Shown in pieces: positions 25,879 to 39,999 of a stretch of DNA of 64,000 bases. The notes beneath the pieces were generated by a model. It made no database searches. It worked only from the letters and a program-made list of their open reading frames with translations, and was not told the DNA's origin. Both the position numbers and the translations under genes were made by a program. Positions within the stretch are counted from its first letter, which is position 1. Every line of letters starts with the position of its first letter. This DNA is from Dicyema japonicum (lineage: Eukaryota; Animalia; Dicyemida): positions 1,165,294 to 1,229,293 of the forward strand of contig RDEW01000016.1 of the NCBI GenBank assembly GCA_011109175.1, given 5' to 3'.

Positions 25879-28800
25879 TCACAATCTACGTAAATCAGTA
25901 ATATTTGAACTTTGAATGACAGAGTAGCCACTATGAATAAACAACCATAACAACCAAGCATCTTTAGATATTCTGTAGAATGAGTCACAATGACCAGCTC
26001 TGCTCATCAACTCAAACAAATTCTCATCGTGGGTTATTACAATTAACTGAAAATTACTCTGTCCTCTCCTACTAGTCAGAATTCTTGAATATCCCCACAA
26101 ATCATACTCATTCAGTGCATAAGCCAGTCCTTCCATATTGGCAGCATCCAGATTACTCGTCGGTTCATCCAAGGCCAGAATACCACAGTTAATACAAAAT
26201 GACTCCGCCAGAGCCAAACGAATTATCAACGACGCCAGAATCTATATTGAATAAAGAAACTGACCTTTTGTCCAGCACTGCATCGTCCTCTCATGTCCAT
26301 AACGTTGTCTCCCTTCAGCATTACCACTCGATAGTTAAAATTCCGTCGTTTATGAGCATCAGCAGATCCCCGAGCTGCCTCAATCTCATATCGAATCTCA
26401 ATGGAGTCAATATCTGGAATTTCTTACAATCCTAACCATTCCCTTTGTAAATAGACCTCCAAAGTTCCCTAATAATCTTATTGAGCTCAGTCATCTTCTC
26501 CTTGTGGTACAATCCAACACATCTACGGGTAAACACATCAATCACTGATCGAGAGTCTTATAAAATATATCCAAGTCCTGACACACAGTCTCACACAATC
26601 TCAGACTGGCCAGTGTCAACCTGTATTCCGCCTCTGCCCCGCTGTATTCTCTCTCCAAAGTCTGCCGCATCCTTTCGACCTCTTCATTCAACGATTCCAA
26701 CCTAGTTCCCAGTTTTATAATCTACATTTAACAGAAACCCACCTCGCCAGTAGAAAAATCTATTTGTCGGTTTACATTTTCAATCTCAGAATCTATCTTA
26801 CTTCTTTCGTCGGTGGGACATTTAAATGCCTCCAATTTGAGTTTATGAGAGGCCAACTCAAATTCAGTCTCCTTCAACCTAATATTCTCGGCCAGTGTAT
26901 GTCGTATTGTCTGCCATATCCATTAAACACTACATCATAATTTGACAGCTCATAATTCAATTTCTCCAGTTGGTTGAGAACAGAACCCCTCTCACTCTTA
27001 ATAGCCGTCAGCTTGTCATTATGTCCCTCAATTTGCCTCTCAATTTCCTCCAACCGGGGCTTCCCTTCATTCTCGTACCTAATTTACAATTTACATACAA
27101 CTTGACAATCTGACCATTCAATTCTCTAACAGACGAAAGCCCAGCATCAATTGACTTTATCTGCCAAATCACACGTAATCTCACCTCATCTTCTAACTCC
27201 TTACAGTATTCCCTACTCTGGGTCATCTTCACGTCCTTTTCCTTTGTAATAACCTCAATCGCAGACTTTGTCAAGAATAAACTGATACCTCAGCAATCCA
27301 CAGCTCTTTCTCTAGATGGGTGAGGTTATCTCTTAATGATTCGTTCTCCTTCTCCAACTCCGCCTTGTCAACCCGCAGTCTGGTAACGACAGCTCCACCA
27401 TCCAGTATCAATAGTCGTTCATTCTGTAGTTGGGCTATTTTCAGCTTCAAATCAGCCATTTTTTGTTGTGTTGACTGAATTTTCGTACGTTCTCTCTCAA
27501 TTTCGTCCTTAATCCCATTCCTGCAATCAAATAAAAAATCACAATTTATTATCAATCGATATTTTCGTGTTATTCAGCAAATTCACATCATAATTCTTGG
27601 AGTCTAGCAATCATCAACGCAGATTACTGTTTTTGCAATCCATTTTCTCGATCGTAGCAATTTCCTCCGACAAAGAGGCAATCTCGTCACTCAGCTGACT
27701 CAGCACAGTCAAGTCGGTCACCAGGCTTCTCGCCATTTCTCTCATATCGTTCAAATTCTTTACATTTAAAGAGGACTAAATTGTCAAATTGGCCAAACTT
27801 GATCTCTTTCTGACTTGAGTCTGTTTAGATCATCGTTAGTCCTATTGAGATCGTTTCTTAGCATAGTCAGTTCACCTGTCAGTTTGTTCAACTAAAGTCA
27901 GACAAACCACAACATTATCTTTAGACGGCATCATTTGCTGCAAGTGCTTGTACAAATCCCTTTGAGTGTTAAGGTCTTGAGTCTTCTTTGAAACCTGACG
28001 AGGAATGAGCACAATTTGAGTCAAGCTGAAACTTGACAGACCACTACAACCTCTTCAATAAGATCAGAGCACTCATCTTCCGTGGAAAACACTCTGTGAC
28101 AGAGTGGACAACATTTATCTCCGTCACGAAGTTGCGTAGCATATTTTTCAAAGTGTGCCCGACTACCAGTGATAAACCCCAAGTCACTGCATTAAATCAA
28201 CATGAATACTTCTCCAGTCTTCTCATATCCGTGCTGAGAGTGCTCTCATACTCGTAAATATCAGTGGATCCACACACATCAAACAGCTCAGCCTTGATCT
28301 CTAAACAATAACACACATTCAATACTAGTAATTTCCTCTCTGTTGGTCTTAATTTGTGCCCTATTATAAGATGACCCAGTAGATACGTTATAAACTTTCT
28401 ATTTTGTTCTAATGACGAAATACTAGCTGTCAGCTCGTTTAACACAGTCGATTGTTGCTTAAACGACCGGTCAAGTTGACTAGGATAAGTCAAAGGTAAA
28501 CTCATAGGAAGAGTTGAACACTTTCATACCAGATGTCGTCTCCAAATTCTCTCCGGTGATGTCTTTGTAGGTTTCCTTATGTTTGGTAACACTAATATCA
28601 ACAAGGGGGATACATTTCACAGGCAGAGGCACATTTTTTGTCGTGCTGTTTGACCAATAGTGAAATTTCAGTAGTATTGTTTGTAGAAAAATGACTTTCT
28701 CTCAGTTTGGCACTAATTATGAGTCAACCATAAACTTAATTTCATCAAAATCGCCTTCATATCGAATTTTCAGACTCATGAGATCTGCCACGTGTAGTTT

Positions 28801-30527
28801 CATATCATCAATGTTATTTTTCAGTTCCATTGTCTCCAAATCAGCAATCTTGTGAGATAAAAATGTACCAAGTTTCCGATAGTAGAATCAATAATGTCCA
28901 GTTTGTCTCCCATTTTGCTCATTTCTGACAATTCGGCTGTTATCCTCCCCAACTTGATAATATTATCACTCTGCTATAAGTAAATAAGAGAACCAGCTGT
29001 TGTCGACCAAAGGTTATCCTATGAGAACAAGAGGAATTTATCGTTCAATTTCTTGGACATTTCAGCCTCAGATCTTCTTATTTCATCCTAAATCATCAAC
29101 AACCACAACTTGAAGACATTTGAACTGTTTATGCAACGAATCCAACAAAGTTGATATTCCACAAAGAGTGTCCCCTGCGTTTCCATGCACAATATTAGAC
29201 CTTTTGCTCAATTCTAGCATGATTTCGTCCCTCTGACTCACAGCCAAATCACTCATCTACTTTGTGGCCTAATACAACCTTATATTCGAAGGAAAGTGCC
29301 CCCTTCTCGGCAATCAACGATGAAAACTTATCATTAATAACGTCAGATATTCCAATCAGTTCAGCATCCCTGTTTTTAAGCTGGAAAAGATCAGATAAAC
29401 ATTTACATGGGAAATCTTGGACTGTTTGCGCTCATGTCACTGCAGTGGGCGTCCAATCTGCATCGAATTACATCGATAGAGTCTGATAGTACTTCAGGGA
29501 GGGATTTTCTTATGAAGGAGCAGTTTGCTTCCAGTCGTTCCACCACTGAATGGAAACGTTCTTTAATAACAAGACAGAAAAACCAAATTCCATATAAACA
29601 GAAAGCAAATGGTCAGATTTTTTCTTTAAAATGTCCAAGTCAGCCTAAATTAGATATTATAATCACTTTGAGCTGACTTTGCAGTGTCTTTGCTTGCGAG
29701 AGCTTTTCCTTGTTTTGAGAAATCTCACTTTCCCTCTCAGAAATGTCTAATCGTATCTAAAATGACTTGTAAGTTTACAGTTTGTGCTTTCTGTCTGTTA
29801 GTTTTGACGTAAGCAAATATTTCCCTGACATTTTTACCTTGTGTAAACTAGATATGAGGGATTAACAACCTTTTCCTTACGAATTTTGATAACCGAGTCC
29901 AACGCCTTCGAATACTTGGCTGAGGCGAATATTCCATCAAATTTTTCTTTCAAGACTTTACCTTCGCTGAGAGGCCTACTATGAATAGAGACATTCACCA
30001 GGTTATGTCTTCCTGATGACAGAATATTACGTTCTCAAGAATGGACTTGGATACTCCCAAAAGTTCTGTCATCTCTGAGTTCAAGTCGGAACATCTCCGA
30101 GTCACGTTTATCTTGGACCCATCATCCCCAACTCTGGTGATGACTCCATCTAGAGTCTTGCATGTCTTCCAGTGCTTTCCAGTGAGCGTTGAACGATGCA
30201 GGAAATGTCCAGTGATGTCATTCATTGAGAGACGAATCTGCGCCTTCAGTGACTTTTCATTGCATAGCTTTGGTTATAAATTAATTTTGGAGTACAGAAG
30301 GTTCGTGTACGAAAGCTCCTCCCTTAGTTCCTGAAGGCATATCTCCAGTGGCCATATATCGGAGGCACTCAATTACAGTCTAGATCAGTGATACGACTCA
30401 TTACTGTTTTGCCTGAACCATTTTCACCCACAATGATTGTGAGCGGCATAAAGAACTCGATAGACTGGTACGTTTCAGGGCTGAAACTCCTAATTCCCAA
30501 TATTTTCATTTTTAGAATAGTCGACAT
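25879..30527 (-). CDS. RAD50: DNA repair protein RAD50; multi-exon
   Basis: [15 protein letters not shown], Walker [23 protein letters not shown], zinc hook CCPLCHR (~28100), Walker [20 protein letters not shown]. Stop TGA at 25879. Confidence 0.96.
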
Positions 30528-31039
30528 AAGGAATAGAATCGGTTTTCCCGCCTAAATTTTATTTGATTTTAAAAATAAAAATATTTCTAATACAAGATAT
30601 GACTATATAAAATAAAATATGCTAGAAATTCAGATTTTGAAATAGATTAATCCGTGATTTATGGGAGGAGTAACGTCATGTGATCCACCTGTATCAGGTG
30701 GTGCCTAGTTTCAGAGTAACACAAAAAAAATTATTTGCTTTTTCCAATCCATTAGAGGGGTTCCCACAACTGTAGGGATGGATGTCTTCTTACCTTTTTG
30801 CTAGTTCTGGATCGACTTGTGATATTGGAAGATCTCTGCTTCTTTGATTAGTTTTCACCTATTAACTTTTTTGTGTTTATTAGGTCATCCATTTGAGAAT
30901 AAAGTGAAGGACTTTTGTCGTTATGTCATATATAACATTTATTTCTCGTCACAAAAAAGCCGCCAACATTGAAGAATACTTTATTGGCATATCGGTTACT
31001 ATCCTTAGGCATATTTTACCTTATCTTTAATATAATAAT

Positions 31040-31900
31040 TAATGAAAGAAAATCAATTTTAATTAATTAACACTAATATGGAAGCTGAATTCTTCTCGTC
31101 CTTTGTATCACCTTCATTGTTCCCCTCATATACCACTTGAGAAAGCGAATCACTAGACAAGACAGCTGTTTTTCCTGGTTCCTCTTCGACGTCACCTCCG
31201 AGTTCAGAGCCTCTTGAAATAAGATGATTAGTCACTCTTGTAACCTCATTATCATAGTTATCAAGTTTCAGTCCATGTCTATGCTCGATTATCATGCTCT
31301 CTAAAGTTTTTTTAATCGTCATTGATTGTATGTACCCCCTTGTAGAGACATCCACGTTGAGTCTTTCCATATAGGACTTGTAGTATTTTGTTACTACTCC
31401 ATCCCATGTCAAAACAATCGGAATTATTGTCACCTTGGCCTTGTGAATTTGTGCTAGTTCTCCTGCCAGAAGGTCTTATTTGTGGAGTTTTTCCACTTCA
31501 ACATGTTTTAGCAAATTTTGGGAAGTGATCCCTACTTGTATTTGTAGTGTTGTATCGACTCTTATTTCAACTTTACTGTTTGACACAATCGATTGGACTG
31601 TATGAGTCTTTATCCTCTTGGTTCTTTTTATTCCAAATTGACGATATAGTTGTATACATCTTACAACTTCGATATGTCGCCGCATATACGCACCATCCTG
31701 GTACATCGTTGGCCAGTCCACAATGACTGCAATTTGCTTTCATCTCTTCAAAGAACAGATTCCGATCCTGTATCATGCAGTACATTGCTTCCGACCTTGG
31801 ACTATTGTTTCCCCCAGTAAGCCATTCTGTTGATCCACTGATATCGACATTCGTATTTTCAAAACACTTAATTGAATGAAGCAATTTTTGTTAGTCTTCC
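31040..31900 (-). mobile_element. R4-like RLE retrotransposon 3' fragment
   Basis: GNNSPRSEAMYCMIQDRNLF, CSHC knuckle, RRHIEVVRCI, VGITSQ, IIPIVLTWDG. Confidence 0.8.
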
Positions 31901-32752
31901 AAATTTTCCTTTATATTTCTTTCGATATTCCTTTATATTGTCAGTGTAAGATAGGTAATCCATATAGTATTTGAGTGCAATAAATCCGCATGATTCCTGC
32001 CCTTCGAAAACACATGGAAGATTTCCTTTCAAGGTGGTCAAAAATTGAAGCGTTTAATCTAGTAATTTCGTATTCGCCAACATCTCTATCCTCCATGAAT
32101 TACTCCCAAATTATTAACCCCGCTAACTTTCAAAAGTCGGCGACCATAATTCAAGTAGCCCTAAAGATCCTTCACGACGACATTAGGTTGTTAGGATTAG
32201 TCAAAAAGATCGCGAATCTCCCGTCTGTTTAAAAAAGAGTGTTCAACTCCGACGGTCCTTGGAAACATGGATTCTGAAGTTAGAGGGGGTCTTTATCCAA
32301 ACATTGAAATTATGAATCCAAACATTAAATGTTGCTAATTTTAACCTAAAAAATATTTGACCTCCGTTGATAACCTAAAACATTGCAAAGGCATTCTAAA
32401 TCACATAGTAAATGATTCAACAAAACAAGAGGTTGAGTTTTACACTCAAAGCTATCTAAAAGTGAATGAAATCATATTTTGTATATAAATTGTTGACTAC
32501 TTATTCTAAATAGTGATTACTCTTAACAATCATATGTGTTCCTCCAAATTCATTCAATTTTTAATTTGACTAGATTCATGCCCTGGATCCACCCGATACT
32601 TTTTTATAAGTTTGGGTTTCCAGTGTCTAAGTCTCACTGAGGAAAAAAGAAAAGCGAATAGACATGGTGCGCAATAAAGGTACCACTTTATCCTGACCGA
32701 TCGACCACTTGTGAAAATGTAAATTTATTGTTAATATTAATGTTATAATGAG

Positions 32753-35639
32753 TCAAACATCCAATCTTTTATCAGTATCTAACCGTCTAACCATATCCTT
32801 GTATTTTACGAGTGATTTAAGTTTGTGTCTATTTATATTTCACAAATTAACCTTTGAAGTCGTTGTTCGAAAATGTTAATTTTGAACATGGCTTCAGAAC
32901 AATATTTGATATAGTCGATCTCTTCCTCCTTTGAAAGAGTGATCTGGTTGTTTTGGTACCACTTTTGTTTCTTTTTCAGTTCTTCTGTTTGCTAAAATTG
33001 TTTATAAAATTCAAACAGTCTCAAATCGGGTTTGGATGTAGTTGGCTCTTTTTACCAATGTCGCTTTCAGGTCATTCAAACACATTTCACGGATCCGAGT
33101 TGCTTGATCATAGGTTAGGGTAGTTGGGTCGTCGAAAAGGGCAAGGTAAGGTCCCAGGTAATCTGACTGCATTTCTTTCTTTCGAATTTCCTCTCTCATG
33201 GCGGCTTCCTCCTAAAAAATGATCACACATTCTTCACCAAATCCATTCTTATTTTCTTAATGTCTTTACTTCTTAGCAAATCAAAGTGGCACGTCGTTAA
33301 CTTTGGCTCATCTTCCTCTGACTTTCTGATTTCCAAAATTGATTTTATCTTGGAATAACCATCAACATACTTCTCGCTCAGATTCATAAATTTCTGCTTT
33401 CGACTTGTTTTCGTGTTGCACCAGCGACAGCAATAATTCGTAGAGTTCTGAGGTCTTAAGTTTGGTAGATGACGTTTTGGGCTAACCATTACTTTCAAAT
33501 GACTACATGAAAGCTTATGTGCATATCGTCGTCGAAATAAGGCTCGGATATCTTGTCGCTTGACGAATAACTTTTAACGAAAATATGAGTGGCAGCAAAT
33601 ATATTATCTTCAGCCACGTGGTATTTAACATAGATTTTGCTGTTTTTAGAGTCAAATATAAGTTCGGCAATGTCTTTATCGGCTTCCACGTTTTTATTCC
33701 TCTCAAAATTTTCTTGTATTTTCTAAAAATGAACCGTCAATATACCAGAATAGTCCTTGGCGGGCCTTCTGTGGAATCAGGAGTTTTGAATTTGATTGTT
33801 TTCTTGGCAAAGTCTACTTTTCGATAAAACAGGAAATCATCTCTTCCTTCGTAGTATTCGACGACTCCGAATGGCCCAATTTCACTTGTCTTTAAGCAGT
33901 CGAGACGCCCATTTTGATAAAACCTCATAATTCGTTTGGATTCCCCTGCAAGTGTACTGAACTCGTGCTCTTAAACTAACCCCATCCATCACCCTTCAAA
34001 TAGCTCGGTCGTCCAGATTCGAATAACTCGCAAATTGTGTTATTTTTACAATCTGTAATTCGTTTATAAAGTCTGTCAACACGGTTTGCAAAGTTATCTT
34101 GGACGGAGATGATCTCGTTTTCTTGAATATGGAAATAACTACAACGCTCATAATCTGAAAATTTGGTTATTCTTTTAGTGAGACCATTCGGCATCGAATA
34201 AGGAGTGAACTTTTCTATTCTTTGTCTGTTGTAGTAGCTTATCCTCTTTGAGTTTTTATTGTGAGTTTTGTAGTCTAAAATTTCATTCATTTTTACCTTT
34301 CAAGTCCACGTGGATTTTCTCGCACCATGGTTTTGGAAATTGGACTCTTTTGACTTTTGGTTTCTCTTCTTCAATTATGTCCTCGAGGTCCTCGTCGATA
34401 AATTCATCGACTAGAGACTTTGAGACACAGCCTTCCTTCCGGGAAAACTGGCTCCCAGACTGTCGAGTCTTTCAGGTCGTAAGTCAAGGACTTTGTATTC
34501 AAAAATAAATACGGATATTCCCTCTTCCCTGCACAGACAAACCCAATAATTAGTGTCATTCCATATTGAATCGATCCGGAGAAAGTTGGGGTCTTTACTG
34601 ATATTCCATTCCCTGTCAGGGGGTCAATGAAGAAGGGTTCGACAATTTCTCTTTTTCCTGAACATATTAAAATCCATGAATGAATTCGATACCCGAAAAT
34701 ATCATCGAATTCAGGCATTTCTCTTTCCTGAGAATTATAGGTTTACTGACTTTTTGAAGTATTTTTGCATTTTCTTTGGCTTCTTCCTCTTCCTGAGCCA
34801 CCTTTTTGATTTCTTTTTCCTTTTGTGACTTTAAATAACGACTCGTTAAAGTCCTCTGAGGTTTAATCGTGTATTTTGAGGTCGAAATATTTTGTGAATG
34901 ATTCTGTGATCAAAATTCAAAGTCAACCTCTTTTAGTCTGATAGGTTCAGGGCACTCGTTCTCTTTATGTATTTCCACCATCTGGCATATCTCCCTTGTG
35001 GCTCTCCCGCTGACAATATATGCATCATATCCAGCCCCAAGTAGAAGGGAGCAGAGGACAGTGCTATACTCAAAAGAGTTTCCACATTGCCTACCCAAGA
35101 CAGTATTTGGAGAAAATAAAGTTCTCGGCTATAAATTTAGCAGATTTGACTTACCAATTTGTAAGGACAGGAAAGAAGTTCAAGACTCAAGTAATCGCTT
35201 ACAAACCGACTGCATTTATCCCACATAAACAAATCGTTGTACTTCAAAAGAGTGGGTATAACCGTAGAACACACAAATTTCTACAAATTAATGACAACAA
35301 CCTTGATGTTGCATTCATTATATGGCAATAGGAGTAATTGATTGGCTTGGGGATATAAATTAACATATTGGAGATTGAAGTTCTCTATGAAACTTAAAAT
35401 AGTATTTTCTTCATTATTGTGCATTCTGGAAGATTCAGGGAAATCCCACAGTTCCACTTCTTTTAGTCTTCAATTACCTAGGTTTATTACTTTTCGCTTT
35501 CTTTAGGGTCGGATAAAGCCTCAAAGTGGTCGAACCCACATTTGATTAAATTTGAATTAACCATTTCTTCAGTCTCATCGATTGAATTCTCTATGCATTC
35601 ACTTTTACAATCAAATTCTTCCTCGACCAAATCACTCAT
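32753..35639 (-). CDS. DRC7: Dynein regulatory complex subunit 7 (CCDC135); multi-exon
   Basis: KFVCSTVIPT...WDKCSRFVSDYL, GNSFEYSTVLCSLLLGAGYDAYIVSG, IHSWILI, PFFIDPLTG, IQTRFE, and C-terminal CSEAMFKINIFEQRL. Stop TGA at 32753. Confidence 0.9.
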
Positions 35640-35899
35640 TTTGTTTCTATGGCTCTAAAATTTAGATTTATAAAACTATTTATTTTTATTAAATAATAAT
35701 TCATAATTCTGGAAAATTGCAAATTCCACCGATGGCTCCAAATGATCTAATAATTTAGCGTAGGTCATGTGGTTCGCTTTATCTAGTGGTGCCAGATACA
35801 TGTCAAAATTGCATCCAAAAAGGACCATTTGTCAACAACCATCCAGAGGAGTTCCCCATATATTTCCTACACATCCGTGCACTTTTTCGGTGAAGACTC

Positions 35900-37420
35900 G
35901 TCATGTCAGGAGATGTTGAAATGAATCCGGGATCAAAGTCTTTAAAGATACTTAACCTGAACATTAACGGAGTTAGAGGGAAGACATCCGAACTGAGTTT
36001 ATATTTGGAGAGTAAAAAATTGATATCTGCCTTAAGAGACCAAGCTTTCTGGAAATTCGACTACTCCTAAATTTACCGGTTTCAATGTATTGAGAGTCGA
36101 TCGACAATCGGGTCGAGGTAGGGGACTATTGACCTTTGTCAGGAGAGGCATTATGATCGATAAACACTCTTCCATTTTCAGGAATCTGATAGAAGACGCA
36201 AACACAGAAGTTATTGGGATTTCTGTACAGACCTCTCTCGGAGCTATTATTATCGCCAACGTCTATGTTCCCCTTCCAGATTCCTGTGCAAAAGGATTTT
36301 CTATGTATATGTCTGCCCTAGATATGATGGAAAACTTGGTGTCCGGAGATTTTAATGCCAAGCACCCCTCGTGGTATGAGAAACAACCTCCAGACACAAG
36401 GGGATTTCATATTATTTCCCAATTAGAAAATCTGTATATTATGAACGACCCAATTAGGAATACACAACCCCCTATAATAGCAAGGATTCGGTTACATCAT
36501 TTGATACTACGTTATGTTCACCACGGCTTGCTCCCTTATATGCTGGTGTAAACTATGACTTACGAAGCGACCATAATCCCATTCTGATCAAGATCAATTG
36601 TACACCAATGACGCGGTCAAAACACATCATGTTTTATGACTATATTAATGCTGACTGGACAGTATTCAGAAGATACGTGGATTCGGCCTATTGAATTTCC
36701 ATCCGAATAATTTCAACTCAATTGATAAGGTCACTTTAATAAGGTGATTCTGGAAGGAAGGAAACTATTTGTCAGAAAAGGATTCTTAAAACTCATCAAG
36801 AAGAAATATGATGCTAGCACAATCTATCTAATAAAAGAAAGGAATTGTCTCAAACGTAAAAAGCACCTAACAAAACATGATACTAACAGAATCCGTGCAC
36901 TGAACATGAAGATCAACGAAAAGACAAAATTTCTCAAAAAACAAAACTGGGCCGAATTTCTAGAACTATGAAAAAAATAGTTCGCTTACCAAGATGTGGA
37001 GGATGCTGTGAAATGTCAAAAACGCTGAAAGCAATATCGAGGGAGACCGTGAATAAGAGGTGGATCTGAATGTGAGAATAAGCCACAAACCATTCCAAAG
37101 GATGGATATTCCTCCACACAAAAAACCGAAAAGGAGCATCCAACAATGTGTGTTCTACCGGGAGATGTCGAGATCTATCAAACAAAAACATACATTCCTG
37201 TGGACCGGACGGGATCCCGGTTATTCTGTTGAAAAAGATGGGCACAGTATCAGCACTAACATGCATCTTCAACTATTCAATCAACTTCAACTGTATTCCC
37301 ACTATATGGAAACTTTCGAATATTCATCCAATACTGAAGCCGGGAAACCCCAACTCATACAAAGGAAGTAAAAAACTTTCCCAAGATATTCGCAAAATCC
37401 TGTTTCTATAGACATTCGGT
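35900..37420 (+). mobile_element. I/Jockey-like LINE ORF2 5' half (APE plus start of RT)
   Basis: ILNLNINGVRGK, GRGRGLLTFV, GDFNAKHPSW, SCGPDGIP...IPTIWKLSNIHPILKPG. Confidence 0.85.
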
Positions 37421-37559
37421 AATTTTTTTCGTCAACTGTGGCGTGGTATGTTTTAATAGTTTGGTTGAGACGTTATTCAGTCTTGCGGGTCTCCCGTTAT
37501 TAAGCTTTTTGATTAGTTTTTTCAATATTGATAGGCCCTCCTATTGCCAAGTTGATATC

Positions 37560-38600
37560 CTTCTCAGTTCTCAAAAGATTCGTGCCATATTTTTTGAATT
37601 GATTGCAGAAATGTTCGGATATCACTAGTTTTCACAGTTGAGGATGGTTTTGTTTAGTGACATTTTATACTTTTCGATTTCCGAATGCTATTAATGTCCT
37701 CTTTTTCATTGTGACTATTTTTAGCATTTTTAAAGTTTTTTTTTTCATTACTCTTACTTTGTCCAAACATTTGGAGGTCTCATTCCTTAAGTCTTTTTGT
37801 TTGGAGGATAATTTTTTCAATTACTGGGTCTTTTCACTGATTTTTTCAGGTTCCTAGCATTGCTTTGGATGATTGTCATTTTCTATTGGTAGCTCGTATA
37901 TTATTAAGATTATTCATCATGAGACTCTCAACTAGTTTCTCGACATTATATCTATCAGGACTGTTTGAATTATTCTTGTGGAATAATTTTTAGTAGAAAC
38001 AAGGAGCCACCAATTACATGCTGTTAGCCCACCATACGATCTTGCTTGGTCTAGTAAGCCATACACATCCCTTCTACAAAGAATGTAGTCAATTTGATTG
38101 TATACAGACTAGGTTCCCAGACTTATCTTTTCTAGTTCCAGTCCAAGTAGTATCTTCCTGGGTGTTGAAGCAGCTGTAATAATTGCAAAACTGGATTAGT
38201 GACCTGATTTCTTGTGTTTCTGCCATGAACTCTAATGCAGTCTTCCCCTTTCTCTGCCATTCCAGCTTTTACGTCCCAGTCACCAGCAATGAATATCAGT
38301 TAGGTGGAAGAGACTTAGTTGTAGGCGGATATGCGTAGAAGTCTTCCAACAATTCAAGATTTTAGGAGCATTCGTTCTTGTCAGTGCTTTATGTTGAGAT
38401 TAGTAAGTTAATGTATGCCACATATTTGAGTTGCAAGACCACGATACGATCATCCAAATATTTTGGTTACTCCGTCCATAAGGCCCTCATGAATTGCGAA
38501 TCCGAGGCCGGAATAGAAACAGTCCGATAGTATAAATGGTGTATTTTTATATCTCTCAATCGTTTACTCAAAGCTTTAGTCTCCTTTAGACAACAGATAG
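37560..38600 (-). mobile_element. RTE-like LINE endonuclease region, degenerate
   Basis: Reverse strand reads GFAIHEGL and NQIDYILCRR...ARSYGG. Confidence 0.6.
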
Positions 38601-39020
38601 AAACACCGTATTTTAATAAACCCTGAGACAAGCACATCTTTCATGGTTTAAGCCATGTGACATTGATTGTTCCAGTAATAAACAGAGCATATAACAGCGA
38701 ATACGGAGAAGATGCAATAAAGGCACATCGTTTAAAAAATTATTATTTAAATTAGTTACTCCAAGAAACCGCAAGGAGTGAGGTTGAGTCTGTTTGTTAT
38801 AACAATAGTTGGCAGTTCCTGACCAGATGACCCGAATGAAATCATTTCTCCACACCACCGAGTCAAATAGAGTGAAGAATCACAATAATTACATACTCGT
38901 TCTATTCTTTCTTCAAAAGATCAGACACCCGCCCCGCTGTGGAGGTAGTTTGGCGTTTGCCCGTACAACTACCAAAAAACTATTTGAAGTTGTCTGGTAA
39001 GGAAGAGAAGTAAGATAAAA

Positions 39021-39102
39021 GCCGGTATGGCCGAGCGGTTAAGGCGGTGCACTTAAGATGCACTGGGTTATGCCCTCGTGGGTTCGAGTCCCACTACCGG
39101 TA
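39021..39102 (+). tRNA. tRNA-Leu(TAA), second copy
   Basis: Identical to 20713-20794 except gttcgagtcc versus gttcgaatcc. Followed by T-rich terminator sequence. Confidence 0.95.
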
Positions 39103-39132
39103 CTTTTATATTTGTTTTTTTTTTATTATATA

Positions 39133-39529
39133 ATAAACCCCACTTTATTTAACAAACAATAAAAAAGTTAATATATTTAATCAACAACCTTCTCGCCTGC
39201 CTGTTCGCCAGCCTCCTCAGGCAGGTTCGATTCTGGGTTGCTGAAACAACTCCGAGAGCGCTTTGTCTGAAACCCTCTGCCCATATGGCATCTCAGGGCT
39301 CTGCCTCCTATACTCCAGTGTCAGGCTCTCTAGGGTCCGCTTTAACACAGTGGACTGTAGATAGGCCTCGAGCTTCCTATCTACCCCCAACTGCTTCAGA
39401 TAACCCTTGTGGTACTTTGTTGCAATTCCTTCCACGTCATTACTATAGGAATAACGAGGACCTTGCAACCAAGCATCTGCCCATCTCGTTTGCAAGAAAG
39501 TCATACTTCCTTTTTTCTCCACCTCTTTA
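39133..39529 (-). mobile_element. 5'-truncated R4-like insertion with 9-bp TSD
   Basis: Nearly identical to 55075-55468. Flanked by tattatata at 39124-39132 and 39530-39538. Absent from the paralogous site near 20.69 kb. Confidence 0.88.
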
Positions 39530-39575
39530 TATTATATATAAAAATTAATCCTTTTAAATGTTAATTCTAATTAAA

Positions 39576-39747
39576 TTAAACTCCAGTTGATCTCTGTTGC
39601 AATCGTGAGAGGCAACGCAACGTCGATAATGTCGGCGGGGTCCACTTTGGATGGATGGCAGTTTTAAATATGCTTTACTGGGGATAAATTAACTGATTAC
39701 TTTTATAATAAAATTTAGTTTTAATAAAAAAAAAAAAAAAAAAAAAA
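39576..39747 (+). mobile_element. 5'-truncated CRE-like insertion with poly(A) tail and TSD
   Basis: Encodes LISVAIVRGNATSI, has a 22-A tail, and is flanked by aattaaa (39569-39575 / 39746-39752). The paralogue near 20.65 kb has a single ctaattaaaatgc. Confidence 0.85.
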
Positions 39748-39999
39748 TTAAAATGCTATCTATTCAATTCGTTTCCTTTTCGAGAAAATATGTGAGTAAA
39801 CCTAATTATCACCAGTGCTCTTTTCCTCAAGATACATTGTCATCACTTCACCCACACTTTTCTCTTGAATTCATTCATAATCAGACCGAGATTAAATATA
39901 GTTTATCCCTTGATTAAGTTTATCATAACCCCGCGAAGCGTCCACGTGTTCCTATATAATTAAATACGTTTTTTCACTTATATTCAAAGATCTGGTATA

